Source: Alloascoidea hylecoeti
Lineage: Eukaryota
Reading direction: 5' to 3'
Length of the DNA stretch: 64,000 nt
Assembly (NCBI GenBank): GCA_001600815.1
Contig: BCKZ01000022.1
Coordinates: 90,982 to 154,981 of the forward strand
A program made the translations under genes and the position numbers. Of the stretch, positions 52,221 through 64,000 are shown in pieces (within the stretch, counting starts at the first letter, position 1; each line of letters begins with the position of its first letter). A model generated the notes under the pieces. It was not told where the DNA came from. It did not search any database and worked only from the letters and a program-made list of their open reading frames with translations.

Positions 52221-53140
52221 AATTGAAACCCCAATAAGAGTATGTACCCGTAAGAATGGTTGTATATTTGATAACAACGGTGGAGGCTGTAGTTCTCCAT
52301 CAATTAATATTGGACTATAAATAAACTTCAATGGATATATACACTTATTATCCGTTGCTAGTGGAATATTATCAATTGGGGGTTGAAGTCGCTCTGTCAA
52401 GGAGAACTCATAAGGCATCGTAGTTATACTTTTAGGTAAGCATAATATTGGATCAGGANGATGTGTAATCACTTTTATCGTTGACTTCATTTGATCTGTA
52501 CAATAATTTTCTTTCTCCGTTAGCCACTCAAACTGTTTATAGAATAATAACTTTTCAGTTTTGGGATCTATATAATGAATTGTTTTGAATTCCATATTGT
52601 CATTCGAATACCCAAGTCTATTGAAATTTTCAGCTAATTCGTATTTGGTAGTGTCGAGATACGGCTGAAGAAGATTATTAGGAAGAGCAGGGNAGGAAGG
52701 TNNAAGGTAAAAACAGTGAAAGGTGAGCAGTGTTGGGTTCACATATTCATATTCATAAGGATTCATCAAAAGGTTGGATTTAGTCTTAATTGTGGCGGAA
52801 ATATAGTAAATTATCCGAGCACTAATGCCAGGGACATATGAATCATGCTCCAAATTATTAGATAAAGTTGTTCCTGCAGAGGTGCGGCAAATACGAGATG
52901 TAAGCATTTCCTCGGAATTGTGCATAGGAGTTTCACGGTTCATTTTCCACTTCTTCTGAGATTCTTTACTCCTGGGAATGGAATATCTGTGAATATGATT
53001 GTGGGTACCATTACTAAAACTCATGAATGGCTGTTTAAAATTGCCTTTAACACTTGGAGGCAACCGACTATGGAGAAGCATGGTTCCAATTTCTCGGGAA
53101 CAATAAAACTAAATGGTGCTTATAACTTTTACCAGCTAAA
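52221..53140 (-). pseudogene. Internal fragment of the Bul1-like arrestin (inverted repeat arm IR2-R)
   Basis: Near-identical reverse complement of 41020-41953. Both ends are missing and there are small deletions at its 5' edge. Confidence 0.9.
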
Positions 53141-53760
53141 ACTATCTTTCCAATCTATAAGAAGTATTAATCATCAACTTATTAAAGTGATAAGTAATAT
53201 TTAATTCACATGGATTTAATTAGTGAAAATATAGAGATTTAAAGATATATATTTTTTCAAACAAGTAAGTTATAACGCTATTGGAATCAAGAATTGAGAG
53301 GTTAGCCTTTGAATGATTTTTGGCCACTTCTTCATTATCTATGTATATTATCAAGAGACACATTTTTGAACAAAATGATATATCATTTCACGGTCATATT
53401 TATTTAGAGAGTTTTTGTTGCTAGTCGGTTATAGAGTAAAGTAGTAATATATGTTTATGGTTAATTTTGATAGATGCTTTTAATACACTTTCATAATTAT
53501 TAATTAATATGTATACTTTATGAATATTATAAAATACAAAATATACTACAATATATACTTAGGCTTTTTCAAGATTTAATTTTTAAATCTCTTTATATTA
53601 TATTTTCTTTAAAATTATTTGTTGTTTTTATTAACCTTTAGTAAAAATACTAATTTCATTAACTTTTGTTGCTGTTGTTATTGCACTTCTTACAATTGCT
53701 TTTTCAATACATTTTCTTCATTTCAAACTCTAAATNCAATTAATTACCTGTTAATTACAC

Positions 53761-56700
53761 TTAGGTTTTGTTTTCATTTCCTTTTCCAGGACCCGCTTCT
53801 AAATCCTTCATAGAATCATTAGTTCTTGGATATGTTGGTTTAGCNTTATCNATATTAATATCTAGATTCTCATCGGTATTATCTGGAGGTTTGAAGTTTA
53901 AATATTGAATGTCAACTGTATCCTGGTTAACAATGGTATTTGGAACTTCTAAATGTTGTACGTTATTCTGTTCCATAGATAATTGTTTTTCAGAGTTATT
54001 TTTCTCAGGTAGTTTGGATTCCAATTTTATTGGTATAGGAACTGAGTTAGTAGATTCAAGTGACTTTTCGGCATCAACAGGCTCCATCCAAACATCAGAA
54101 TCGCCAGAGATCACTCCACTACTACTACTTGGCATATCATTGTCTAATACCATCTCTTCTTTAACCTCAATTGATTCATCATAGTTAGATTGATATCTAT
54201 GATTGAATTTAATACCAAGATATCTAAATTGATATGAATATTTAGGTGGTATATCTCTTATATCAGTGACACCTAATTCATTCATTAGTTTTTGAAGTTT
54301 TGTGGGTCGATGTTTTTTTATTGATTTTGAAACATTAATAATAGGTGGAGGTTTATTACCAACAGGATCAAGTTTNTAAATCATTTGTCTTAATAAATCA
54401 GTCTCATTTGCAAATAAAATTTCTGAACCTTCAAATTTTCTCAAATAGAATTTAAGTTTATTAACATCATTGCATTTAAATGTATTTTCAATTTCATCGA
54501 ATTTTAATTCCCTTTTAAAAAATGTTATGAATTTACTCGCGGTTTCAATAATTGATCGTACAATATTCAATTCTTGAGGAATAAGTAATAAATCTTTCCC
54601 CGATTCTTCTAAAATTTCCAATTCTTCTAATGTTGGCCTGCTTGATTCTCGTGGGTAAATTGAAATAAAATCACAAACTGGGCAAATAAAATTTTCATCA
54701 GAAGTCATTTTTGCTTTACTTAATTTTAAACATTTCGCATGATANCATTCTTGACATTTCTCACATTGAACCATCCAACCAGATTCTTGTCTTCTACAAA
54801 AACAAAATAATTTAACTTTTAATAATTCTAATACTTTTTNAGGGTTTCTGATTTCTGGTTCATTTCCATTTTTATTTTCACCTTCATTCATTATGGAATC
54901 TTCTTCATCTTTAGTGCAATTTTCTTCTCCTGCTTCATATGTATCAGTCAATGAAAAGGCATCCTCATTTTTTAATCTAACATGTGTTAAGTGTGATTGT
55001 AATACATGAGATGCTGCATTATTTTTACCAAATGCCTTTTTCCCAGCTCTAATCCATTCCTCAACCTCTTTAACATATTCCTCAATCATGCTAACATCTA
55101 AATCAGTCTGAAGTTGTTGTGCTTCATCATAAAGTTCTTTAACATCTTTATATTTTGGTCTGCTGTTATTAGATTCACTTTCCTTAGCCTTATTTATTGC
55201 GGTTCCAATATTTGATAGTTGTTTAGTTATTGCATTATGAGCTTCCATTATTTCAAAAACTTTTAACCGTATTGATTCATCAACTGGGTACTTCATAGAT
55301 TGTTCACTAAGCTCAACAAGATTCGAAAACTTGATCTTTTTATTTTTATTGTCGTTATCTCCTGGTATTATAAGTCCCCCTGATTGAGATTCCGTTGATG
55401 ATAATAGTGGTGATAATAGCTCCTGGCCTTTTTTATTTAACTTATCACTTCCTGTTTTAATTGTAATTAGTTGTTCTAGCAAAGTTCTATCATAATCATT
55501 ATTCAATTTTCCCCTTTCAACTAATGAAATTAATGTGTCTCTATCTAGATTACCAGTATTTAAAGCGTACTTTGATTCATCGTGCCATTTCTTCCTCTTG
55601 GAAATTCTTTCCAAAACTTCAATTTCTTCAAGCTCCATATTAAATGATTTACCTAAATCAATCATATCTTCAATTTCCGTAATTGATTTATCATTATAAC
55701 TTTTTTCATTTCCATTGGTTCCAAGAATCATAACTTCAACACTATTTGAATATTGAATTATTTCATGAGCCCTTTCAATTAATAATTGTATTTCAGGTGA
55801 TGAAAACATTAATTTGGGAATTTCATTTATTAAAATTTGAAGTCCATGTTTACTCTTTTTGTGTTCATTAATTAATTCGTTACTAGCTGATTTATCTCTT
55901 TTATTGTTATTATTATTATTAGTGTTACCTGTTTTAGTTACATGGTGATTTCCAAGGCTATTAGCAATAATCGTTGATACTTTCTCAGCAGTAGCTCTAC
56001 TATTATGTTTCCTTGTTAAATATGATTGAGCCGATTCAACCCATTTATTAGCAGAGGAAACAAATTTCGATAAATCTTTAACCTCTTGTAATTCAACGGG
56101 TAATCTTTCTCCTTCTGTTAATAAATTCCTTAAAAGTTTTAATTGTGGTTTCATATTATCAGAAAGTGATGAATTAAATTTATTAATCCAATCACTTGGT
56201 TTAGCTATTTTATCCTTAACTATTTTAAATAATGATCTTAATTTCTCATCTGAATAAGTTAAAAATAATGTTGTAGTTATTATTGGTTTAATTGTAGATG
56301 ATGGTAATGAAGGTGATTTTTTTGGTTTCTTAAGTTTTAAATATTCATCAAGTGTATAAATATTTTTCCTATCATTTTCAATTGAACTAGAAACTATTAT
56401 TCTAGATAAAAAACTAAATTGTAATGATTCATCTGATATAAAATCCCAATTATTATTATTTTTATCTTTTGTATGATCACTTAGGTTATTATTACCAATA
56501 ACAATTTTTAATTTTGAATAATTAAGATTGCCTAATTCCTTTTTAAATTTTTGTCTATTTTCAAGCTCATCATTAACAATTTTAGTAATTATTGGCTTAA
56601 TCCAACTACATGTATCAACATCGGGACCTCTTTCTACCATCTCAACAATCAATTTAATCATTGAAAAAGCAGGTAAGATTCTTTGTTTTGATAACCATTT

Positions 56701-59700
56701 TTCAGATTCTAAACCATAGTTTATTAACCAATGCTCATCTTTTGGTGCTAAACAAACTTTTTCAATCACGTTAAATCCCAAGTTGATACTTGACCAATAG
56801 GATTTTGGAAAATTAACAATAATTTGTCCTGCTTGTTGATAAGTTACATAACACGTAATACCATTTTCAATTAAAAATTCAGGTGGTACCATAATATTTT
56901 GATTTTTATATTTAATCGGTATTCTTGTATCACAAGTTTTCATTAAACTTTCATCAATAAGTAAACCAGTTTGAGGGGTTCTTAAAGCTGGTTTACCATT
57001 ATTTTGATAATTTCTTTGTTGTTGTAATTGTTGTTGTTCTTTTTGTTCTTGCTCATCTTTAATCGAACTGAAATCTAAATCCTGAACTTGAATCTGTCGT
57101 AATTGTTTTTCTCTTTGTTTATTAGAATCTTGATTTTCAGTCATATCCAACCTTGAATCTAAAATATCTTCTAATAAAGCTTCAAATTTCTCAAAATCGG
57201 TTTCTGGAATTGAATAAATTATCCTTGAATCACCCAAATGATTATAACTTATTGAATACATAAAATGATCCTCTAAATGCCATGATTCAGTTGCAAATAA
57301 CATACCAGAATTAATCCAAGGTTTTGATAAAGTAGTTATTGGATCTCTTAATTCTGATAATAATGATTCGGAACAAATTGGTAAATTATTTAAATTCCAT
57401 TTATGAGCACATAATGCTGTTTTCTTCTTTGATGTTTCAACTGTGGGGAAACCTGATCCTTGAACCATAGTATTAATATTAGATCCATACTCAACCTCAA
57501 CAGGAGGTGCATCTAAATCTTTAACTATTTTCCAGTACAAATCCTCCCATTCAGTATCTGAAACCTCAGCAGTTGTCTTTTTCAATGGAAAATGTTCTCT
57601 GTAAAATTTTTCTTTAAAATGAATACTTTTATCATAAAATTGACGTAGATTATACGATGGAGCTTCCCTAGTTTCAAATTTTGAAGGATCAATCACCGGC
57701 AAACCTTTATGCCAATTTTTATAATCATATCCTTTTTTAGTAACATTACTATACGTCACCCACTGTCTATCTTCTAGACATTCACTATAATAGGACGGTA
57801 ACTCTTTCCTCTTAAGAATATCACGCTCTCTTAGATATTCAACTTCTGAACCATAAACCAATGGGATGACTTTCCTATCACAAAATACATTTGAATCCTT
57901 TTTTGGTGGTAATGATGATAATTCATTAGTATTATCAGTCGTTTCAATAGCATTGTCAATATCCATACTGTCATTATCATCATCATTCAACATATTTTCA
58001 ACCTTTAATCTTTTAAATGGGGTTTCTTCTCCTTTTCCATTCCCATTTCCATTATTTGAAATTTTTCTCTTTTGATGATTACCATTAATTAGTTTATTTT
58101 TATTTAAATCATCCTGTTGTTTGAGATATAAATCGTAAGGAAATATCAATTTATTATAAGCCGATTTTAAACTAGTTGATAAAGAAGTCATAATTTTCCC
58201 ACTATAACCTAATTCTCTACCAACTTGAGCCCATAATTTTTTTCTACATACAATTTCAAATCCACCACGTAATTGAACATAATTTCGTAAATGATATAAG
58301 TCAAGTACTCTTTTATCAATACTTGGAACTTTTGCTAATGAAGTTCCCCGATTTTTATGAAATTTATTTAATGTTGAGATGAATATTTCCTTCTTTTGAG
58401 ATTCTTCGAGTAATGAATTTAAATGTTGATGATGAGTTTTAAACCAACAAAGCTATAATAACAAAAATAAAAAAACATCATCAGTATAAATATATCATAT
58501 AAATATCATAAAAAAAGAAAAAAAAAAAACTTACTTCAGTATCAATACCAAAATTTGGATTCCAATCAGTTGGAGGTATAATCTTAACCATACCAAATTT
58601 TTCACCAATATCTCTAATTTTTGTAATAAAACCAACAGGATCTAAAAATTCTTCATTTGTAGGTCTAAAAATGGGGACTTGTTCAAGTTTTGAATTCATA
58701 ATTGAATGTGTTTGTGGACCACCAACTTCATTATTGTTACCATTAGTATTATTAGCATTAGTATTTGATGATGGTAAAATCATATAATTTTCAGCAATAT
58801 TAACTTTACTTTTAATTAAATTAACAGCTAGGGCAGGTGTAGCACGAGATCGTTGCTGTGGGTAGACAAAAGGAGTATAATGATGAGTTATTTGATTTGA
58901 AATCGGATTTATATTTGGACTTAAACCAGCATTTGGGTTGAGATTAGACATTGAAGAAGATGAGATAGGACCAGGTGGTGTAACACTAAAAGACACACTG
59001 CTACTACTGTTTCTAGAACGAGCGCCAGGTTTTGGACCAGGTTTTTGTCTGCCTATTGCCATTACTGAAGAATTTATAAATTGTGTGGGTTTAATTGGTT
59101 GTTGGATTTGTGGTTGATATGCTTGTGTGATAAATTGAGGAGGTCCTAAACCTGGGGGTGATATGCTCCTTGAAGATTGAACAAATGGTGAGGAGATTAT
59201 AGGAGGTGGTAAAGTAGATTGCATTGGTCCAAATGAAGAAGTCGAGGGAGCATCTGATAATAAATTGCATATATTTAATCGTTGTTTGGTATCTTCGACT
59301 GTTGATGGGTGATGATTGCCCCGACTTTCTAATTTTGGATGAGTGATATTTGAAAATTGTAATGGGATTGAAGGTTGAGAATAACCACTAGTTAAGCTGG
59401 ATATCCGAGGTAGTTTCTGGCCTTGTCCCTTATTTAATACTTTCCCCAGTCCTTCTGGATGTATTGAAGGTGAAGATGATTTAGTACTTACTGGTGGTAA
59501 CGAATCATTCATCTGATTGGATTGAGCCGATTGAGAATTTATGATATTTGCTATACCTAATGGACTCCTTGAGCCAGAATTCGATCTTAATGAAGCAACA
59601 TGAGTCAATTTATTTATACTTGAATTGGAATTGGAATTTTCAATACTATTATTACTAGTTGTTGATGTTGGACTATTTGAATTATGACCATGACCGGATT

Positions 59701-59731
59701 GATGTAAATTAATATCCGTGAAACCACTCAT
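53761..59731 (-). CDS. ECM5: Ecm5/KDM5-family JmjN-ARID-JmjC-PHD chromatin protein (~1960 aa), two exons
   Basis: Exon 1 59731-58535 (JmjN PIFRPTNEEFLDP..FGMVKIIPP.DW); intron 58534-58453 (GTAAGT...TACTGAT...TAG); exon 2 carries ARID, JmjC (VEYGS, WNLNNLP, WHLEDH) and a C-terminal PHD (CFC..CEKCQE.YHAKC..CPVC). Confidence 0.85.
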
Positions 59732-60575
59732 GATGAATGTAATTAACTAAAAGCTTTCTGATGTTAGTCAGAGGTTATCATATTTTTGATATCAATATTA
59801 AAGAAAAATGTATGATAGAAAAACCACGAGATTTATTAAAATCTTTTTTTAGGCTCGAAACTTTGCTGTGTAAATTATATGATTAAACACATAAATGAAA
59901 AATAAATATTGAAAATAGATATGTATAAATAAAAAAAAAAAAAAAAAAGGAAGAAAACATACATTATCTTATACTTATCTTATTTGTTTTTTTTTTTTTG
60001 AAATATAAGAGGTAATTAAATAATTATAAAATAATCAAAATTTGAATATGTTCATGAACAATCAATCAATCAAATCCAAGAGTATTTTTTTAAAAAATGT
60101 AAAGAAAGGATAGTTAAACTATAAATAGAAGAAAAAAAAAGAAAGGAAGAGAAAAATAATAAAAATAATAGTTAATGATAGCTTAATTTGATTTAATGAA
60201 AAAAGTTTAATAATTAATTGTTAAAAAAAATATTACTATGTTATATGATTATAAAGATTTTATAATAAGACCATATAAATTAATATTTATAAGTTTTTAA
60301 TAAATCCTATAATTATGATTGACTTCTTTTATTTTAATAAAATCCAAGAATATTTAAAAGAAAAAGATGTAAAAATATTAATTTCTGAAAATTCAAGATA
60401 GGCTTTAAAAATGTGGGAAGGAAAATACAAAACGAAAAACGCAAAATTACTTAATTAAAAAATGGAACATGATGGGTGTAGGGTTGTTTACGATATGCTT
60501 CTAATCTTAATATGATTAGTCATACTTATTATTTATATTATATAATATTTAGATCCATCCATATATTTATTTAAT

Positions 60576-60779
60576 TTAGTATGCATTTCTATTGGATGAG
60601 CCATACGAATCGTTATTTGATGAACCATATAAGTTGTCTTCCTTGGAAGAACCATATGAATTGACATTATCGTTATTAGAACCATAAGAATTGTCATTAT
60701 CATTCTTATTTCCTCCATAAGAGTTTGAATTATCACGATGACTATTGTCTTTGTTCTTGTTACCACCAAAGAGACCCAT
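60576..60779 (-). CDS. Short DDR48-like hydrophilic repeat protein
   Basis: MGLFGG start plus about five SYGS/NNDSYGSS-type repeats; paralog of 62853-63662. Confidence 0.75.
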   Translation of the reverse strand: MGLFGGNKNKDNSHRDNSNSYGGNKNDNDNSYGSNNDNVNSYGSSKEDNLYGSSNNDSYGSSNRNAY

Positions 60780-62852
60780 TGTAATATTGTCAATTATAAT
60801 AGTTTAATAATATAAGAAAGAAAATAGAAGAAGAATAATCCCTTTTTTATAGAGTATCTAGATTCCGTCGCCGAGGGTAAATACACCTCCAAAATGTACG
60901 ACATGCAATACTATAGCGTGCTAACTTACTTTCTAACCAACCAACTACTTACATCCATGCCAGAAATAAACCTTAATTCAAAGGGAGAAAAGGGAAAGCG
61001 ATAATTGGAGCTAAAAGTGACATTTGGAACTAGATACCTCCACTATTTATGAGAAGCTCAACCCTAAGGTACCCCAATATCAAGATTGTGAAATACTTCG
61101 CCATTTACATATCTTCATTGAGGAACTGATTAAATAAAATTACTCCAATGAAGAGTTTAATAAAACAAAACAAAACCTTAAGGTTTTTCAGGAAGATGAA
61201 GTACAGCCGGGAAATGGCCAAACGTGGCTACGCTATTGATGAATCATGATCACTATTATTTATGATTGTTGACGTGTAATCAGACGCTACACGCTAGTCA
61301 ATTGAACATTAGGCAGTTTAACAGATATCAATGACAATTAATAGTCATTACCTGAGCAACCAATGGGTCGCAGTCTTTCAGATATGAGAAGATTGTTTGA
61401 ATTTCCAAGCCTCCTCATCTCATGTTTCACATATATTGTAGATTTTTTTCACAGAGGATAAAGATAACATGCATAGCTGATTCGAATGAGTAATGTAGTT
61501 ATGTGACAAATGTAAATGCAAGCCATGCAACGTTCACAATGCAGATGAGATTGGTTGTATTCTTGGGGATGTCGAGAAGTTCATGAAGGTATTGATTTCA
61601 GTGGATCCTCACAAATACTGTTTCCCCCAAAAAAGATGAAATAATTCTAGATCTTCATCTTAGATACTCATATAACATATATGTATCCCATACAAATGAA
61701 TATAATAGATACCAGCACCTACAAGGAACACAAATGAATCTATGTATTTTTCCGGAACTTTTAATCTGAAAAAATTAGAGGAGATACCATTGTCTCCAAA
61801 AAAAGATATTTAGCTTAGTTAAGCAACTTGGGAGTTTAACTTAAAATGTGATAATGGGTTCAAACCGGGTGAAAGCATACAAGATTTCCGGGATATATTT
61901 TGGGCTTATAGAAATGAAATCTTTAATCTTCAACAAGTTATCATTGGAGCGGAGAACAAGGAAGAGTTGTGATTCAAGAGAGTTCTTCATTTTTGGTTAA
62001 AGTTGTGTTTTCAATTCAGATTTTCATTTTCATTGTATCCGTCCATATTCTTCATTATATGCGCTATATGTTGTAATAAACAGATAAAAATGAGAGTTAA
62101 ATACTTGTAAAATAGAACATGATGTTTGAGGAAAATATGAAATTCTTTAATTAAATAAGGAACTCTTTGTTGAAATATGAATTCTTTGATAAAATGAAGA
62201 ACTCTTTATTTAGTTTTCTTTAAACTTTTATGCGTAATATCTAACAATTCTCTTTGACGAGTTACAAAAAACATTCTAGATCTAGATGAGAGTAAAAGGG
62301 GCCCAGAAGCCTGATAGAAGGTGAATTACACTCGATAAACCTTCCCAGAAAATACCTTGTAGTTTCTACCGGTATGACGTCAGGTAAAGATGAAGCAACA
62401 ACTAACATCCAGCTCATCATCCCCACACAGATAGGCTACTTTCTGATCTGCTAAGTAATCGGAAAAAATCACTATTTCTCTGACCTCAGTGGAGTGCAGT
62501 CGTCACAATTGCTTCTGGTAGAAGATTCAAAAAGCAGGAATCAACCAATTCCAACCTCAAAAACTCCTCAGATCAGGTTAACTTTAAGAAGCTTAGTTGT
62601 ACCTGAAGAATTACCGAGTTCTCCACTTAACTGTAAAGCATGTAAAATTACAAAAATAAAGTTAAATTGAAAATTGAAAACAATATATTACAACCCACGT
62701 TTTTGACATAGTAATAGGAAAGAACCATGAATATGAGTTAATCCTTCACCTAAGAATTCATTACATTCCATTCTCATTTCAACATCATGAATATGTCATA
62801 ATTTATATTAATATTATATAATAGAATACTATGTTATATTTATATTTATAGT

Positions 62853-63662
62853 TTAGTAGTCGTTATTATCCCTATTGGATGAACCATATGAGTTATCGTT
62901 ATTTGATGAACCGTATGAATTATCATTACCAGATCCGTAAGAATCGGTTTTGGATGATCCATATGAGTTGTCATTATTAGAACCGTAAGAATCATTGTTT
63001 GAAGATCCATAAGAATTGTCCTTTTTGGATGATCCATAAGAATCGTTGTTTGAAGATCCATAAGAATTGTCCTTTTTGGATGATCCATAAGAATCGTTGT
63101 TTGAAGATCCATAGGAATCATTGTTTGAAGAACCATATGAATTGTCATTGTCGTTATTAGAACCATAAGAATCATTGTTTGATGATCCGTAAGAGTTGTC
63201 TTTTTTGGATGATCCATAGGAATCATTCTTAGAAGAACCATATGAATTGTCATTATCATTATTAGAACCATAAGAATCATTGTTTGATGATCCATAAGAG
63301 TTGTCTTTCTTGGAAGATCCATAAGAATCATTGTTTGATGAACCATAAGAATTATCATTGCTACTCTTCTTAGAAGAACCATATGAATTATCATTATCGT
63401 TATTAGAACCATAAGAATCATTGTTTGAAGATCCGTAAGAGCTGTCTTTCTTGGAAGATCCATAGGAATCATTGTTTGAAGAACCATAAGAATCAGTGTT
63501 TGAAGAACCATAAGAATCACTCTTGTTGGAAGATCCATAAGAATTATCATTTCCTGAAGATCCATAGGAATTATCATTATCATTACTTCCTCCATAAGAG
63601 TTAGAGTTATCACGACGATTGTCGTTATCGTTATCGTTATTGTTACCACCAAAGAAACTCAT
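62853..63662 (-). CDS. DDR48: DDR48-like stress protein (SNNDSYG repeats)
   Basis: Almost entirely tandem NDSYGSS/DNSYGSS repeats, as in Ddr48. Confidence 0.85.
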   Translation of the reverse strand: MSFFGGNNNDNDNDNRRDNSNSYGGSNDNDNSYGSSGNDNSYGSSNKSDSYGSSNTDSYGSSNNDSYGSSKKDSSYGSSNNDSYGSNNDNDNSYGSSKKSSNDNSYGSSNNDSYGSSKKDNSYGSSNNDSYGSNNDNDNSYGSSKNDSYGSSKKDNSYGSSNNDSYGSNNDNDNSYGSSNNDSYGSSNNDSYGSSKKDNSYGSSNNDSYGSSKKDNSYGSSNNDSYGSNNDNSYGSSKTDSYGSGNDNSYGSSNNDNSYGSSNRDNNDY

Positions 63663-63840
63663 TGTATGTCAATTAATTGTGTAGAAAAGAAAAAAGAAAG
63701 AGGAAGAGGAAGAGGAATACTCTCTTTTATACCGTTTTATTATTGCTACCGGTATTATTTGGATGTACCGGGTACCCGGTGCCGGACACAGATATTACTG
63801 TGATGACATCGAATAATAATAATACGAATGAGTGGTCTCC

Positions 63841-63920
63841 ACGTAAATCGATTTACGGAACGTCAACGGCCCCCCGAAATTAACGTTTCCGTAAATCATT
63901 TTTAATCGTCCGTTTACGTA
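63841..63920. promoter_or_regulatory. Palindromic TTTACG/CGTAAA cluster upstream of the DDR48-like gene
   Basis: Perfect 16 bp palindrome CGTAAATCGATTTACG at 63842-63857, plus an inverted pair at 63850-63863 / 63883-63897. Confidence 0.5.
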
Positions 63921-64000
63921 TATCACATGATATACATGTGACCATTACTACTGTATTGGGTCTCCCTGAAAACCCATAGTCAATCTAGCTACTAGCTAGC

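Noticed and set aside
62846..63652. 268 aa Met/Ile/Leu-rich overlapping ORF (also 60533-60793)
   Set aside because: Shifted frame of the DDR48 repeats, open only because the repeat unit lacks stops in that frame.
62853..63662. CRISPR-like periodic repeats
   Set aside because: These are coding tandem repeats without unique spacers, in a eukaryotic genome.

Overview
This is very AT-rich budding-yeast (Saccharomycotina) chromosomal DNA. It uses the standard code, since invariant CDC28 leucines are CTG, and carries short spliceosomal introns. Intact genes: a PIR cell-wall protein, CLF1, CDC28, a spliced coiled-coil protein, SIP5, an F-box protein, a TauD/JLP1 dioxygenase, a Bud8/9-like landmark protein, HAC1, a spliced PEX11-family gene, spliced calcineurin A, a spliced ECM5/KDM5-like gene with a degenerate JmjC site, and two DDR48-like repeat proteins. 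The intergenic DNA holds decayed elements that the ORF track misses: Ty1/copia LTRs and gag/RT/RNase H fragments, a hAT transposase remnant, a possible gypsy integrase, a deleted sugar-porter pseudogene and three broken Bul1-like arrestins. The main structure is a nested pair of long inverted repeats. The 1.64 kb arms are the 3' end of ECM5 and the 0.93 kb arms are arrestin. They enclose PEX11 and calcineurin A, start exactly at an LTR terminus and sit beside a ~6.5 kb gene desert, which resembles an invertible (flip/flop) segment without MAT genes. HAC1 shows no recognisable Ire1 intron. A duplicated hairpin with G-U-compatible substitutions lies downstream of the Bud8-like gene. All calls are by eye; no database searches were run.
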